64,000 nucleotides of DNA from Verrucomicrobiota bacterium (GCA_018814445.1 JAHIZV010000139.1:4342-68341), one strand, 5' to 3'; positions 1 through 9,892 are shown, counted from the first letter of the stretch. Numbers and translations are program-made. The notes: a model not told the origin generated them from the letters alone.

Positions 1-339
1 GCAATAGGCGATGGGGTGGCTATTCCGCATGTGCGCAATCCGGTCGTCCTGCATATCCCCTGCCCGATGATCGCACTCTGTTTTCTGGAGAACGCCATCG
101 ACTTTCAGGCGCTGGACGGCAAGCTGGTGCATACCGTTTTCGTTATCGTCAGCCCGACCATCACCGCACATTTGAATCTGCTGTCCCGACTTGCGTTTGC
201 ACTTCGGCAACCTGAATTCACCGACGTCATCACGCGCCCGGCATCCAGAGAGGAGATCATCGCGAGCGCGCAACATATCGATCGCCTCATCGCAAGCCGA
301 AACGCCAACACTGCCGGAGATGGAGGCGACCGCAAATGA
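1..339 (+). CDS. PTS EIIA type-2 (PtsN/EIIA-Ntr-like) domain protein, C-terminal fragment (5' end outside window); stop overlaps the hyfB-like start (ATGA)
   Basis: Has the GVAIPH phospho-His motif of PTS EIIA-2; the frame is open from the window start; stop at 337-339 overlaps ATG 336. Confidence 0.6.
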   Translation, partial: AIGDGVAIPHVRNPVVLHIPCPMIALCFLENAIDFQALDGKLVHTVFVIVSPTITAHLNLLSRLAFALRQPEFTDVITRPASREEIIASAQHIDRLIASRNANTAGDGGDRK

Positions 340-2331
340 TCGGCGTCGAACTCGCGTTGCTGATCCTGATCGCCGGGGCTTTTCTGTGCCTGGCGACGCT
401 CGGACGGCCCGCCTGGGCGCGCGTGGTAGGTCCGACCGTCGCCGTTCTGGGTTGCGCCGCCGGCCTGATTCCCTCTGCCACCGTCCTGATCGGAGCTGCG
501 CCAATCAGCCTGCGCCTGCCCTGGCTCATCCCGCTCGGTTCGCTGTCTCTGGAAATGGACGCGTTATCCGCCGTGTTCGCCGTGCCGATATTGCTGATCA
601 CGGCATTGGCGGCGGTCTATGGCGCGGAGTATCTCCGACCCTATGAAGGGAAGAAAGAAACGTCGGCCTCATGGTTCTTCTTCAATATGCTCACCGCCAG
701 CATGCTGCTCGTGGTTCTGGCGCGCAACGCATTGCTTTTTCTCCTGGCGTGGGAGATCATGTCACTCGCTTCCTTCTTCCTGGTCATGTTCGAGCATGAG
801 AAGGAAAGCGTCCAGCGTGCGGGATGGGTCTACCTCATCGCGACGCATATCGGTACCGCCTTTATCCTGGTGCTGTTTGTCCTGCTGGGCCGCCAGAGCG
901 GAACGCTGGATTTCGTTGGATTCTCTCTGACGCAGGCGGCCCCCGCCCTGGCGGCAACGATCTTCATACTGGCGACGATTGGTTTCGGCACGAAGGCCGG
1001 CTTCATTCCCGTACACGTCTGGCTTCCTGAAGCCCATCCCGCCGCGCCTTCGCATGTGTCGGCAGTTATGAGCGGCGTGATGATCAAGACCGGAGTGTAC
1101 GGGCTTGTTCGCGTGCTGACCTTTCTCGGAACACCACCGTACTGGTTTGGTTGGACGCTCGTCGGCGTCGGCGCCGTATCGGGGATACTCGGTGTGCTGT
1201 TCGCACTCGCGCAGCATGACCTTAAACGCCTGCTCGCCTATTCCAGCGTGGAGAACATCGGGATTATCGCACTGGGCCTGGGCATCGGTCTACTGGGCGT
1301 CAGCTGCGACAGCCCCATCATGGCGACGCTCGGATTCGCGGGAGCCCTTCTGCATGTGATCAATCACGCGATATTCAAGAGCCTGCTCTTTCTCGGCGCG
1401 GGCTCGGTCTTGCATGCCTGCGGGACGCGGGACATGAACCGTCTGGGCGGCCTACTGAGGCGCATGCGTGTGACGGGATTGATCATTCTTGTGGGATCAG
1501 CGGCCATCTGCGGACTTCCACCCCTGAACGGTTTCGTCAGCGAGTTCATGATCTATTTTGGTGCGCTCACCGGACTCGCGACTACGCCCGACGGCGCTAT
1601 GGGGGGGGCTGGCCGCCGCCCTCATCGTCGCAACGGGCTCACTCGCACTGATCGGGGGTTTGGCCGTGGTCTGCTTCACCAAGGCATTCGGCATGGTCTT
1701 CCTCGGCGAACAGCGCAGCGCCCATACCACCCACGCGCACGAGGCGGGGCCCGCCATGCAAGTGCCCATGGCCATTCTGGCAGTACTGTGTGTCGTCATC
1801 GGTCTCTCCGGTCCGCTCCTTTTGCCTCTCATTCAGCCTGCTGTATCGGTCGTGGCGGGCATGTCATCGGGTGTTGCTCTAAATACGGCGTGGATCGGTC
1901 GCGCGCTGTGGATGCTCGCTTCAATCGCAGTCGGAGCAGTGGTCCTGGCGACACTCCTCGCGTTCTTGCGTGCCCGTCTGCTGAGGGGCCGGAGTGTGAA
2001 CACGACCGTCACGTGGGATTGCGGCTACGCCGCGCCATCGCCTCGCATGCAGTACAGCGCTTCCTCCTTCGCGGATCCCGTCACGCGCATGTTCAGGGCA
2101 TTCCTGCGGACAAGCTACCGTCATACGCCGCCATCCGGACTCTTCCCCGAGTCGGCATCCTTCGCAAGCCACACACCCGATGTGCTTCACGATAGGATGT
2201 ATCGACCGGTCTTCTCGCTGCTCGCTAAGTCCCTGGCCCGCTTTCGTTGGCTGCAACACGGTCGCGTCAATCTCTATGTCCTCTACATCATGCTGGCCCT
2301 GCTGGGTCTGCTAGCGTGGAAGCTGATGTGA
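336..2331 (+). CDS. Hyf/Ehr complex subunit B-like (NuoL/MrpA-type antiporter-like membrane subunit); reading frame interrupted by an apparent +1 frameshift in a G8 homopolymer at 1601-1608
   Basis: ORFs 336..2195 and 1558..2331 both carry HyfB/NuoL-like transmembrane sequence; in frame 0 the sequence turns Arg-rich nonsense after codon ~422; deleting one G restores a continuous ~665-aa protein. Confidence 0.7.
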
Positions 2332-2335
2332 AAAG

Positions 2336-3262
2336 ATGAAAACGCTCCTTCTGCATGCATTCATGTTGTTCTCGGGATTAATCGCCGCACCTTTCCTTCT
2401 CGGCGTTATCAACCGTACGAAAGCCCTGTTCGCCGGCCGTAAAGGTGCGCCGCTATTCCAACTTTACTTCGACATGGCTAAACTGCTGCGCAAAGGCGTT
2501 ACGTACAGCCGCACTACAACGTGGATATTCCGGGCGGCGCCGGTGATCGGCCTCTCCGCCGTAATGACAGCCATGACGCTCATGCCGCTCGCACGCATGT
2601 CCGCCCCGCTTTCTTTTCCGGGGGACCTCGTCCTCTTCGCGTATTGCCTCGGACTGATGCGCTTTGTCACGGTCCTCGCCGCGCTGGACACGGGTTCCAG
2701 TTTCGAAGGCATGGGCGCGAGCCGCGAAGTTCAATTTTCGGCCCTCGCCGAACCGGTCCTCATCATCGCGATCGCCGCGCTGGTCTGCGCCGCCGGCTCG
2801 CCTTCGCTGACGGCGATATTCGCGGCCATGACCCGCGCAACATGGCAGGCTCTGGGCCCCGCTCTCGTCCTGATCGTGGCAGCACTGCTGGTGATCTTTC
2901 TGGTCGAGAACGCACGCATTCCTGTCGACGATCCGAATACGCACCTCGAACTCACGATGATTCATGAGGTGATGGTGCTGGATTACTCCGGCCCGGACCT
3001 GGCGTTCATTCTCTATGCGGCGTCACTGAAGCTCTGGGTGCTCGGAACGCTGATCGTGAATATCGCCATCTCCTTCCTGGACCTGCACGGTTTCTTCACA
3101 CCGCTCGCTTTTACTGCAGGCATGTTAGTCCTTGCTGTCCTTGTCGGCATCATCGAGTCGATCATGGCCCGCCTGAGTCTTCTCAAAGTCCCCCGTTTGC
3201 TGATGGGCGCGCTGGTACTGGCGGTGCTGGCGTTTGCTTTCATCGCGAGGTTCACGTCATGA
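2336..3262 (+). CDS. Hyf/Ehr complex subunit C-like (NuoH/HycD family membrane subunit)
   Basis: 308 aa, polytopic, resembles HycD/NuoH; tightly packed after the hyfB-like gene. Confidence 0.7.
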   Translation: MKTLLLHAFMLFSGLIAAPFLLGVINRTKALFAGRKGAPLFQLYFDMAKLLRKGVTYSRTTTWIFRAAPVIGLSAVMTAMTLMPLARMSAPLSFPGDLVLFAYCLGLMRFVTVLAALDTGSSFEGMGASREVQFSALAEPVLIIAIAALVCAAGSPSLTAIFAAMTRATWQALGPALVLIVAALLVIFLVENARIPVDDPNTHLELTMIHEVMVLDYSGPDLAFILYAASLKLWVLGTLIVNIAISFLDLHGFFTPLAFTAGMLVLAVLVGIIESIMARLSLLKVPRLLMGALVLAVLAFAFIARFTS

Positions 3263-3903
3263 CCGCTCTTCAGGATACCGTGCTTGTCCTGCTCGTCCTC
3301 TCCAGCTTCGCCTTGCTGGGAGCCAGCAGGCTGGGCGCGTGTATCCGCTTCGTCGCGCTCCAAGGCATCGTGACGGGTCTGCTTCCTATCGCTGTAAGTG
3401 GACACGGCCCGACTCCGCGCGTTGCCGTGATCGGCGCCACCGTGATCCTCATCAAGGGATTCTTTTTTCCTCACCTTCTAACCCGCGCGATGCGAGAAGC
3501 CCAGACTCGCCGCGAATTACAGCCTTTTGTCGGATACGTGACGTCGCTGGCCTTCGGCGTGCTCGCGCTGATCGGTTCGTTCTGGCTGGATAGCCGACTC
3601 AATCTGCCCATTCATGGAGCGTCTGATCTGGTCGTACCGGTAGCGCTCGCGACGATGATTATCGGTCTGTTTCTTATTGTCAGCCGACGGATTGCCGTCA
3701 GCCAGGTCATCGGTTTCCTCGTGCTCGAAAATGGAATATACGCCTTCGGAGTAGCGATCGTGCGGGATGTGCCCGCACTGATTGAACTGGGTATTCTAAT
3801 GGACGTCTTTGTGGCGGTGTTCGTCATGGGCATCGCCATCTATCACATTAACCGCGAATTTGATCACATCGATACCGATCGACTCACGATGTTGAAGGGC
3901 TGA
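3259..3903 (+). CDS. Hyf/Ehr complex subunit E-like small membrane subunit
   Basis: 214 aa hydrophobic protein, size and position as HyfE; overlaps the upstream stop (ATGA). Confidence 0.6.
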   Translation: MTALQDTVLVLLVLSSFALLGASRLGACIRFVALQGIVTGLLPIAVSGHGPTPRVAVIGATVILIKGFFFPHLLTRAMREAQTRRELQPFVGYVTSLAFGVLALIGSFWLDSRLNLPIHGASDLVVPVALATMIIGLFLIVSRRIAVSQVIGFLVLENGIYAFGVAIVRDVPALIELGILMDVFVAVFVMGIAIYHINREFDHIDTDRLTMLKG

Positions 3904-5388
3904 ATGATGCATACAGGATGGATACTGCCGGCGATGGTCCTGGCGCCGGTGCTGCTCGCCTTGATCAGCCTGCTGCTGCATTCGCCGCGCGCGATTCTGC
4001 GGCTGAGCGCTTTCGGGACGCTAAGCACGGCGGCACTTTCGGGTTTCGCCGTTTGGCGGGTCTTCAGGCAGGGCCCAATGTTCGCCGCCGGTCATTGGTT
4101 CATGCTGGATGCCCTGTCGGCATACCATGTAGCCGTGATGATGACCGTCTTCTCCGTTGCATCCCTCTTCGGTATCAGCTACTTCCGCGAGGAAACAGCC
4201 GACGGACGCTTTGGTCGTCGACAGTCTCGACGCTACGGCAGTCTCTGGTTCGGCTCGCTGGCCGCCATGATGCTCGTCCTTGTTTCAAATAACCTTGGTA
4301 TCATGTGGATTGGCATCGAGGCCACCACCCTGCTGACCGCTTTTCTGATCTGCGTCCACGTGGCGCCGGCCGCGCTTGAGGCTATGTGGAAGTACCTGCT
4401 CATGTGCTCGGTCGGCGTCGCACTCGCGTTCACAGGAACCTTGCTGACGGCGGCATCGGCCGAACACGCCTCGCTGCACGGCACCGACGTACTGCTTTGG
4501 ACCAACCTGCGTGACGCGGCCCAGTTCCTGAATCCCGCCCTGTTGAAAGCCGGCTTCATCTTTCTGGTCGTCGGCTATGGCACGAAGGCGGGCCTTGCTC
4601 CCATGCACAACTGGTTGCCCGACGCGCACAGTCAGGCCCCCGCGCCGGTTTCAGCCATCTTCTCGGGTTTCCTGCTCAACGCGGCTCTGTATTGCATTCT
4701 GCGCTTCCTCCCCCTGGTCGAAGCAGCCACTGGCCATACCGGCTGGGGCCGAAGTATTCTGGTGGTATTCGGTCTGTTGTCGGTTCTTATGGCGTCAGCA
4801 TTCATCGTGACTCAGTGCGACGTGAAACGTCTGCTTGCCTATTCCAGCGTGGAGCATATCGGCGTCATGACACTCGGTTTCGGCATCGGCGGTCTCGGCA
4901 CACTCGCAGCACTCTTTCACATGCTGAGCCACTCACTGTGCAAGACGCTTGCATTCTGCTGTGCGGGACGACTGGGCCAGGTGTTCGGAACGCACGATAT
5001 GCGACGCATAACACGCGTCTTGTCTATCGCGCCAATGTGGGGCGCCGGACTGTTGGGAGGTCTCCTCGTCCTGATCGGCTCCGCTCCTCTGGCCCTGTTT
5101 ACCAGCGAGTTCCTCATCCTCAAGGCAGCCATGGACCGCGGCTCATATGTCGTCGGCGGTCTCTTTCTCGTCGGTCTGGCCGTTGTCTTCGTCGCCGTCC
5201 TCCGCCGCATGATCGCAATGGCATGCAGCCCCGCCGCTGACCGAACATCGCCCTTGCAGACGCACCGCGCTGAATCCCTGCTGATACTCACTTCGTTGAT
5301 CGCGATGCTCGTTCTCGGCCTCTTCTGGCCTCCGCCTCTCATGCGCGCTCTTGCCGCCGCCGCGAACATCCTCGGAGGCGCATTATGA
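3904..5388 (+). CDS. Hyf/Ehr complex subunit F-like (NuoN/NuoM-type antiporter-like)
   Basis: 494 aa; contains the KAGxxPxHxWLPDAH and LLAYSSVEH motifs of complex I antiporter-like subunits. Confidence 0.7.
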   Translation: MMHTGWILPAMVLAPVLLALISLLLHSPRAILRLSAFGTLSTAALSGFAVWRVFRQGPMFAAGHWFMLDALSAYHVAVMMTVFSVASLFGISYFREETADGRFGRRQSRRYGSLWFGSLAAMMLVLVSNNLGIMWIGIEATTLLTAFLICVHVAPAALEAMWKYLLMCSVGVALAFTGTLLTAASAEHASLHGTDVLLWTNLRDAAQFLNPALLKAGFIFLVVGYGTKAGLAPMHNWLPDAHSQAPAPVSAIFSGFLLNAALYCILRFLPLVEAATGHTGWGRSILVVFGLLSVLMASAFIVTQCDVKRLLAYSSVEHIGVMTLGFGIGGLGTLAALFHMLSHSLCKTLAFCCAGRLGQVFGTHDMRRITRVLSIAPMWGAGLLGGLLVLIGSAPLALFTSEFLILKAAMDRGSYVVGGLFLVGLAVVFVAVLRRMIAMACSPAADRTSPLQTHRAESLLILTSLIAMLVLGLFWPPPLMRALAAAANILGGAL

Positions 5389-6887
5389 CCATCGACCGCA
5401 CCCTCCCCAATGGCGGCAGCATCCCGCTTGACTCGACACCCGATCTCGCCGCACCCGAGTTCCGCCGCCGAGTCCTGGAGGGCGTGACGAACGGCGCTCG
5501 AATCGCCGCTCTCTTCGGTTGCCCGGAAGGCGACTCCGTGCGTCTCTTTTCAATTCTCGCATGGGAGGACACAGGATTGCTGTCGGTCCTTTCCACTACA
5601 GTCAAAGACCGCTATCCGTCGTTGACGCCGGATTGCCCGCAGGCACATCTTTTCGAGCGCGAACTCGCCGAGCAGTGGAGGATCACACCCGAAGGCCATC
5701 CGTGGCTCAAACCGGTTCGGTTCCAAACACCCATGCGCGGCAAATCCAACGAGCCTCTGCCCACCCAGTGCGGAGTCGCGGATTTCTTTCAAATGACCGG
5801 TGAAGAGGTCCACGAAGTGGCCGTCGGGCCCGTGCATGCCGGCATCATTGAGCCGGGCCATTTCCGCTTTCAGTGCCATGGCGAGACAGTTCACCACTTG
5901 GAAATATCCCTTGGCTATCAACACCGCGGCATAGAAAAGGCGCTGGCCGGAGGTCCCGACAAAAGAACGCTGCACTACATGGAGACACTTGCCGGCGATA
6001 CGACCATTGGCCACACAACGGCCTATTGTCGAACGATCGAGGCACTGACCAAATCCCGTGTCCCAGCGCGCGCACAGGTCGTTCGAGGCATCGCTCTCGA
6101 ACTTGAACGCATAGCAAATCACATCGGGGATCTCGGCGCCCTTGCCGGCGACATTGGATTTCTGCCGACCATGTCCTATTGCGGGCGGATTCGCGGCGAT
6201 GTGCTTAATCTGACCGCGCTGCTTTGCGGCAACCGTTTCGGCCGCCGACTCATCGAACCCGGAGGAACAGGCTACGATTTGACCGAAGACAGCCTGGCGC
6301 AACTTCGAGACCGGTTGAAGACCGCCATAACGGATGCCGAACAGGCGATCAGTCTCTTGTGGAAGACGCCATCCGTCCTGGCACGGTTTGAAGGCGCGGG
6401 CCCGATCAGCCGTAAGACCGCCGAGGAAATAGGACTGGTCGGCGTCTCCGCGCGCGCCTGTGGCCTGGAACGGGATGTCCGTCGCGATTTCCCCTACGGC
6501 ATCTTCCAGATGGCTCACATCCCGATCGTCACATGGCACACCGGCGATGTGTTTGCCCGCGCCTTCGTCCGCTGGCTGGAGATTGAGCGCTCCGCCATGT
6601 TCATCCTCGACCAGTTAGAATCTCTCCCCGCACGACCTCCGGCTGCGCCCTTCACCAGACAGATGTCCTCGCGGCATCTCGCCCTGGCCCTGGTAGAAGG
6701 CTGGCGCGGCGAAATCTGCCATGTGGCCGTCACAAATGAGGCCGGCCGGTTCGCATGCTATAAGATCGTGGATCCATCGTTCCATAATTGGTTCGGCCTT
6801 GCGCTCGCGCTGCGGGAGCAGCAGATATCCGATTTCCCGCTCTGCAACAAGAGCTTCAATCTCTCCTATTGCGGTCACGATCTGTAG
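5385..6887 (+). CDS. NuoC-NuoD fused, group-4 [NiFe]-hydrogenase large-subunit homologue lacking all four Ni-Fe cysteine ligands (Ehr-type, non-hydrogenase)
   Basis: N-terminal 30-kDa/NuoC-like region followed by HycE-like VGPVHAGIIEPGHFRF; the RxCGxCxxxH site reads LAGDTTIGHTTAY and the C-terminal DPCxxC reads DPSFHNW. Confidence 0.75.
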   Translation: MTIDRTLPNGGSIPLDSTPDLAAPEFRRRVLEGVTNGARIAALFGCPEGDSVRLFSILAWEDTGLLSVLSTTVKDRYPSLTPDCPQAHLFERELAEQWRITPEGHPWLKPVRFQTPMRGKSNEPLPTQCGVADFFQMTGEEVHEVAVGPVHAGIIEPGHFRFQCHGETVHHLEISLGYQHRGIEKALAGGPDKRTLHYMETLAGDTTIGHTTAYCRTIEALTKSRVPARAQVVRGIALELERIANHIGDLGALAGDIGFLPTMSYCGRIRGDVLNLTALLCGNRFGRRLIEPGGTGYDLTEDSLAQLRDRLKTAITDAEQAISLLWKTPSVLARFEGAGPISRKTAEEIGLVGVSARACGLERDVRRDFPYGIFQMAHIPIVTWHTGDVFARAFVRWLEIERSAMFILDQLESLPARPPAAPFTRQMSSRHLALALVEGWRGEICHVAVTNEAGRFACYKIVDPSFHNWFGLALALREQQISDFPLCNKSFNLSYCGHDL

Positions 6888-6898
6888 AGGAACACCCG

Positions 6899-7669
6899 AT
6901 GATCGAGATACTCAAAGTCAGACTGAAACAGGGATGCAGGACTATGTCCTATCCGGCGGGTCCAGCACCGGAAATGCCCCCGCATTTTACAGGCAGGCCG
7001 GTCATCCACCCAGAATCCTGCGGCGAAGACTGCCGCGAATGCATAGAGGTATGCCCTTCCGATGCGATCAGTGTGACCGGATCAGAAGTGCGGATCGATA
7101 CCGGCCGGTGTATCTTCTGCGCAAAGTGTCGTCAGGTATGTCCTGAACAGATTATTGACTTCAGTCCCGATTTCCGGCTCGCTGCGGCTCGACGCGAAGA
7201 CCTCGTTCTGGGTTCCGGCGACGACCCCGTCCCATCCGCATCCAGCGCCGTGGCGAAGAAGCTCTTCGGCCGATCCCTCAAACTCCGGCAGGTTAGCGCC
7301 GGAGGTTGCAACGCCTGTGAGGCGGACACCAATGTACTCAACACACTCGCGTGGGATCTCGGACGTTTCGGCATTCAGTTCGTGGCCTCTCCACGCCATG
7401 CCGACGGCCTTCTCGTCACCGGACCGGTCACAAACCACATGGAACTCGCCTTGAAGAAGACCTACGAGGCGCTGCCCGACCCGAAAATCGTCATCGCCGT
7501 TGGAGCCTGCGCCGCCTCGGGCGGAATCTTTCGCACACACCCGGAGTCGAGCAAAGTCCTCGCCGATATCATCCCCGTCGACTTGTTCATCCCGGGGTGT
7601 CCACCCCATCCGGCCACAATACTCGACGGGTTGCTGCGGTTGGTCGGCCGAATAGATGAGAAAGAGTAG
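6899..7669 (+). CDS. Fused 2x[4Fe-4S] ferredoxin (HycF/NuoI-like) and NuoB/HycG-like small subunit
   Basis: Two CxxCxxCxxxCP motifs followed by GGCNACE...GACAASGGIF...GCPPHP; start chosen at ATG 6899 with AGGAAC RBS (ORF track allows 6788). Confidence 0.7.
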   Translation: MIEILKVRLKQGCRTMSYPAGPAPEMPPHFTGRPVIHPESCGEDCRECIEVCPSDAISVTGSEVRIDTGRCIFCAKCRQVCPEQIIDFSPDFRLAAARREDLVLGSGDDPVPSASSAVAKKLFGRSLKLRQVSAGGCNACEADTNVLNTLAWDLGRFGIQFVASPRHADGLLVTGPVTNHMELALKKTYEALPDPKIVIAVGACAASGGIFRTHPESSKVLADIIPVDLFIPGCPPHPATILDGLLRLVGRIDEKE

Positions 7670-7768
7670 GTCTCGCGGCTGGCCCGCATGTTGCACCGGC
7701 GTGTGTCGATCCGCGAAGCATACGCTCAGATACCCATGACCTCCGGGCTTGATCTCGGTCTTGTGGAA

Positions 7769-8209
7769 TCAGGTCGCGATCTTATCGATGGCTTTACTGA
7801 TCGCATGCCATGACATGGTCGCACATTTGATCCTGAGCGGATAGCGGCGGACGCCCTCCAGAGAGGCCATGTCGCCCAACTCCGCCAGGTCTGAATCCTT
7901 CTCGCCGCGCATCACGGCCACGAAATCGGCGATGATCTGCCTGGCCTCGTCCACGGGCTTGCCAACGACCGCTTCGGCCATCATCGACGCCGATGCCATG
8001 CTGATGGCGCAGCCGTGGCCATCGTAGCGGATATCTTTGACTACACCGTCGGCAACCACGGCCGTCATCCGGATCTGGTCGCCGCACGTCGGATTATACT
8101 CGTCCACCAGAACTTCGTCGTCATTCAGTTCAGAGAAGTGGCGCGGGTTCTTGAAGTGATCAAGGATGATCTCCTGGTAGAGTTCATCCATATCTGCATT
8201 GCTGCTCAT
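7769..8209 (-). CDS. sufU: SUF Fe-S cluster assembly scaffold SufU (NifU/IscU-like)
   Basis: 146 aa with conserved Cys/His (CGD...GHGC...C); directly downstream of sufS. Confidence 0.75.
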   Translation of the reverse strand: MSSNADMDELYQEIILDHFKNPRHFSELNDDEVLVDEYNPTCGDQIRMTAVVADGVVKDIRYDGHGCAISMASASMMAEAVVGKPVDEARQIIADFVAVMRGEKDSDLAELGDMASLEGVRRYPLRIKCATMSWHAISKAIDKIAT

Positions 8210-9474
8210 ACCTTAAAGAAATCCTTTGCTTTTCCAATCGCGTAGACCAACTGGTCAACGTCCTCTTCCACGTTATACAGATACACGCTCGCCCGGCTCA
8301 CGGCGCCGACTCCTAACCGCTTCATCAACGGTTGAGCGCACATATGTCCGGCCCGTATTGCGACGCCCTCACGGTCGACAAGCTGCGAAAGATCATGTGG
8401 ATGAATGCCGGCCACTTCAAACGAAATCGCCCCGCCCCGCTCGGGCGCCTTGCCGAATATCTTAATGCCCTCTATCGCCGAAAGTTTTTCGATGGTGTAC
8501 GCCGTCAACCGCCGATCGTGTTCGAGAATCTTGTCCATACCCAGGTTCGCCAGGAAGTCGACGGCCACACCCAATCCAACAGCCCCGGAGATGTTGGGTG
8601 TTCCCGCCTCGAATTTGTGAGGAACCTCCGCCCAGGTCGCGTCATCAAGACTAACGCGATTGATCATCTCTCCTCCACCCATGAAAGGATCCATGTCCTC
8701 CAGAAGCTCGCGTCTTGCATAAAGAGCGCCTATGCCTGTCGGCGCGCACATCTTGTGACCGGAGAAAGCAAAGAAATCCACTCCCAGGTCCTGCACGTCA
8801 ATCGGCATATGGGGAGCGCTTTGCGCTCCGTCCACCAGCACTCGCGCCCCCGCAGCCCGAGCGGCGTCCGCAAGTTCCTTGACAGGATTAATGGTTCCCA
8901 GCACGTTCGACATATGCGTTACGGCGAACAGTTTCACCTTTGAAGACAGGCTTCTATGAAAAGCCTCGATATCAAGGGATCCGTCGTCGAGCACAGGAAC
9001 GTAGACGAGTTTCGCCCCTTTTTCCCGCGCGAGAATCTGCCAGGGGATGATGTTGCTGTGGTGCTCCATTTCCGTGAGCAGAATCACGTCGCCCTCTTCT
9101 ATGAACTTCCTCCCCCACGCATAAGCAACGAGATTGATACTTTCTGTCGTGCCGCGCGTGAAGACTACAGACTCCTCCTGCCCGGCGCCAATGAAGCGCG
9201 CCACTTTCCTGCGCGATTCGTCATATTGCTCCGTCGCCCTTTCCGCGAGTTCATGCAGGGCGCGATGCACGTTTGAATTACAGAATTCATAGTACTCGCA
9301 AAGGGCGCATATGACCGGTTGCGGCTTCTGTGTCGTCGCCGCGTTGTCGAGATAGGCGAGGCGCTTGTCCCCGTGAATCTTCTGGGCCAGTATGGGAAAC
9401 TGAAACCGCAGCATGGCCGGATCAAAACCAGGCCCGCGGAGGATGTCGTCCCCTGTGACAGGCGTCGTGGTCAT
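8206..9474 (-). CDS. sufS: Cysteine desulfurase SufS
   Basis: 422 aa class-V aminotransferase with SGHKMCAPTG PLP-Lys motif and C-terminal catalytic Cys region. Confidence 0.85.
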   Translation of the reverse strand: MTTTPVTGDDILRGPGFDPAMLRFQFPILAQKIHGDKRLAYLDNAATTQKPQPVICALCEYYEFCNSNVHRALHELAERATEQYDESRRKVARFIGAGQEESVVFTRGTTESINLVAYAWGRKFIEEGDVILLTEMEHHSNIIPWQILAREKGAKLVYVPVLDDGSLDIEAFHRSLSSKVKLFAVTHMSNVLGTINPVKELADAARAAGARVLVDGAQSAPHMPIDVQDLGVDFFAFSGHKMCAPTGIGALYARRELLEDMDPFMGGGEMINRVSLDDATWAEVPHKFEAGTPNISGAVGLGVAVDFLANLGMDKILEHDRRLTAYTIEKLSAIEGIKIFGKAPERGGAISFEVAGIHPHDLSQLVDREGVAIRAGHMCAQPLMKRLGVGAVSRASVYLYNVEEDVDQLVYAIGKAKDFFKV

Positions 9475-9491
9475 AGACGCCCTGCCCGTTT

Positions 9492-9526
9492 GGTGTTCGA
9501 TGTTCCATGTTCGATGTTCGATGTTC
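9492..9526. repeat. TTCGATG-family heptamer tandem repeat upstream of sufS
   Basis: gtgttcgatgttccatgttcgatgttcgatgttc. Confidence 0.8.
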
Positions 9527-9529
9527 TTC

Positions 9530-9856
9530 TCACGCTTTCACCAGAATCTTCTCGCCTTCGATTTTCACTTTGAACGTCGGGATCGGCTTTGTGGCCGGCA
9601 GACTCAACTGTTGACCGTTTCGAATATCAAAACGCGCGCCGTGAAACGGACAGGTCAACTCACATCCTGCCAGATCGCCGCTGATCAGAGACATTCGCTG
9701 ATGACTGCACCAGGCGCTCACTGCGTGAAACTGACCATCGACCTTGAAAAGCCCAATCTGCTTCTCTCCGCCCAGATCCACCAGCTTCCGATCCGTTTCC
9801 TCAAACTCGCCGACCGTGGCGACCTCATGCCACTCCTTGCTGTCAAACAGTCCCAT
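9530..9856 (-). CDS. Rieske [2Fe-2S] ferredoxin-like protein embedded in the suf operon
   Basis: CSH...CPFHG Rieske ligand pairs; 108 aa. Confidence 0.7.
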   Translation of the reverse strand: MGLFDSKEWHEVATVGEFEETDRKLVDLGGEKQIGLFKVDGQFHAVSAWCSHQRMSLISGDLAGCELTCPFHGARFDIRNGQQLSLPATKPIPTFKVKIEGEKILVKA

Positions 9857-9892
9857 CGTTATCTCCTGCTCCCTTTTTCCCTCGCTGCGAAG

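Noticed and set aside
1558-2331. Treating 1558..2331 as an independent 257-aa gene
   Set aside because: Its conserved part continues the HyfB/NuoL C-terminus exactly where frame 0 degenerates at the G8 tract. The two pieces are one frameshifted gene.
6788-6898. Upstream extension of the ferredoxin-small-subunit fusion (ORF track start 6788)
   Set aside because: It would overlap the large-subunit gene by 100 nt with no conserved sequence. ATG 6899 has an AGGAAC RBS and begins at the conserved ferredoxin fold.
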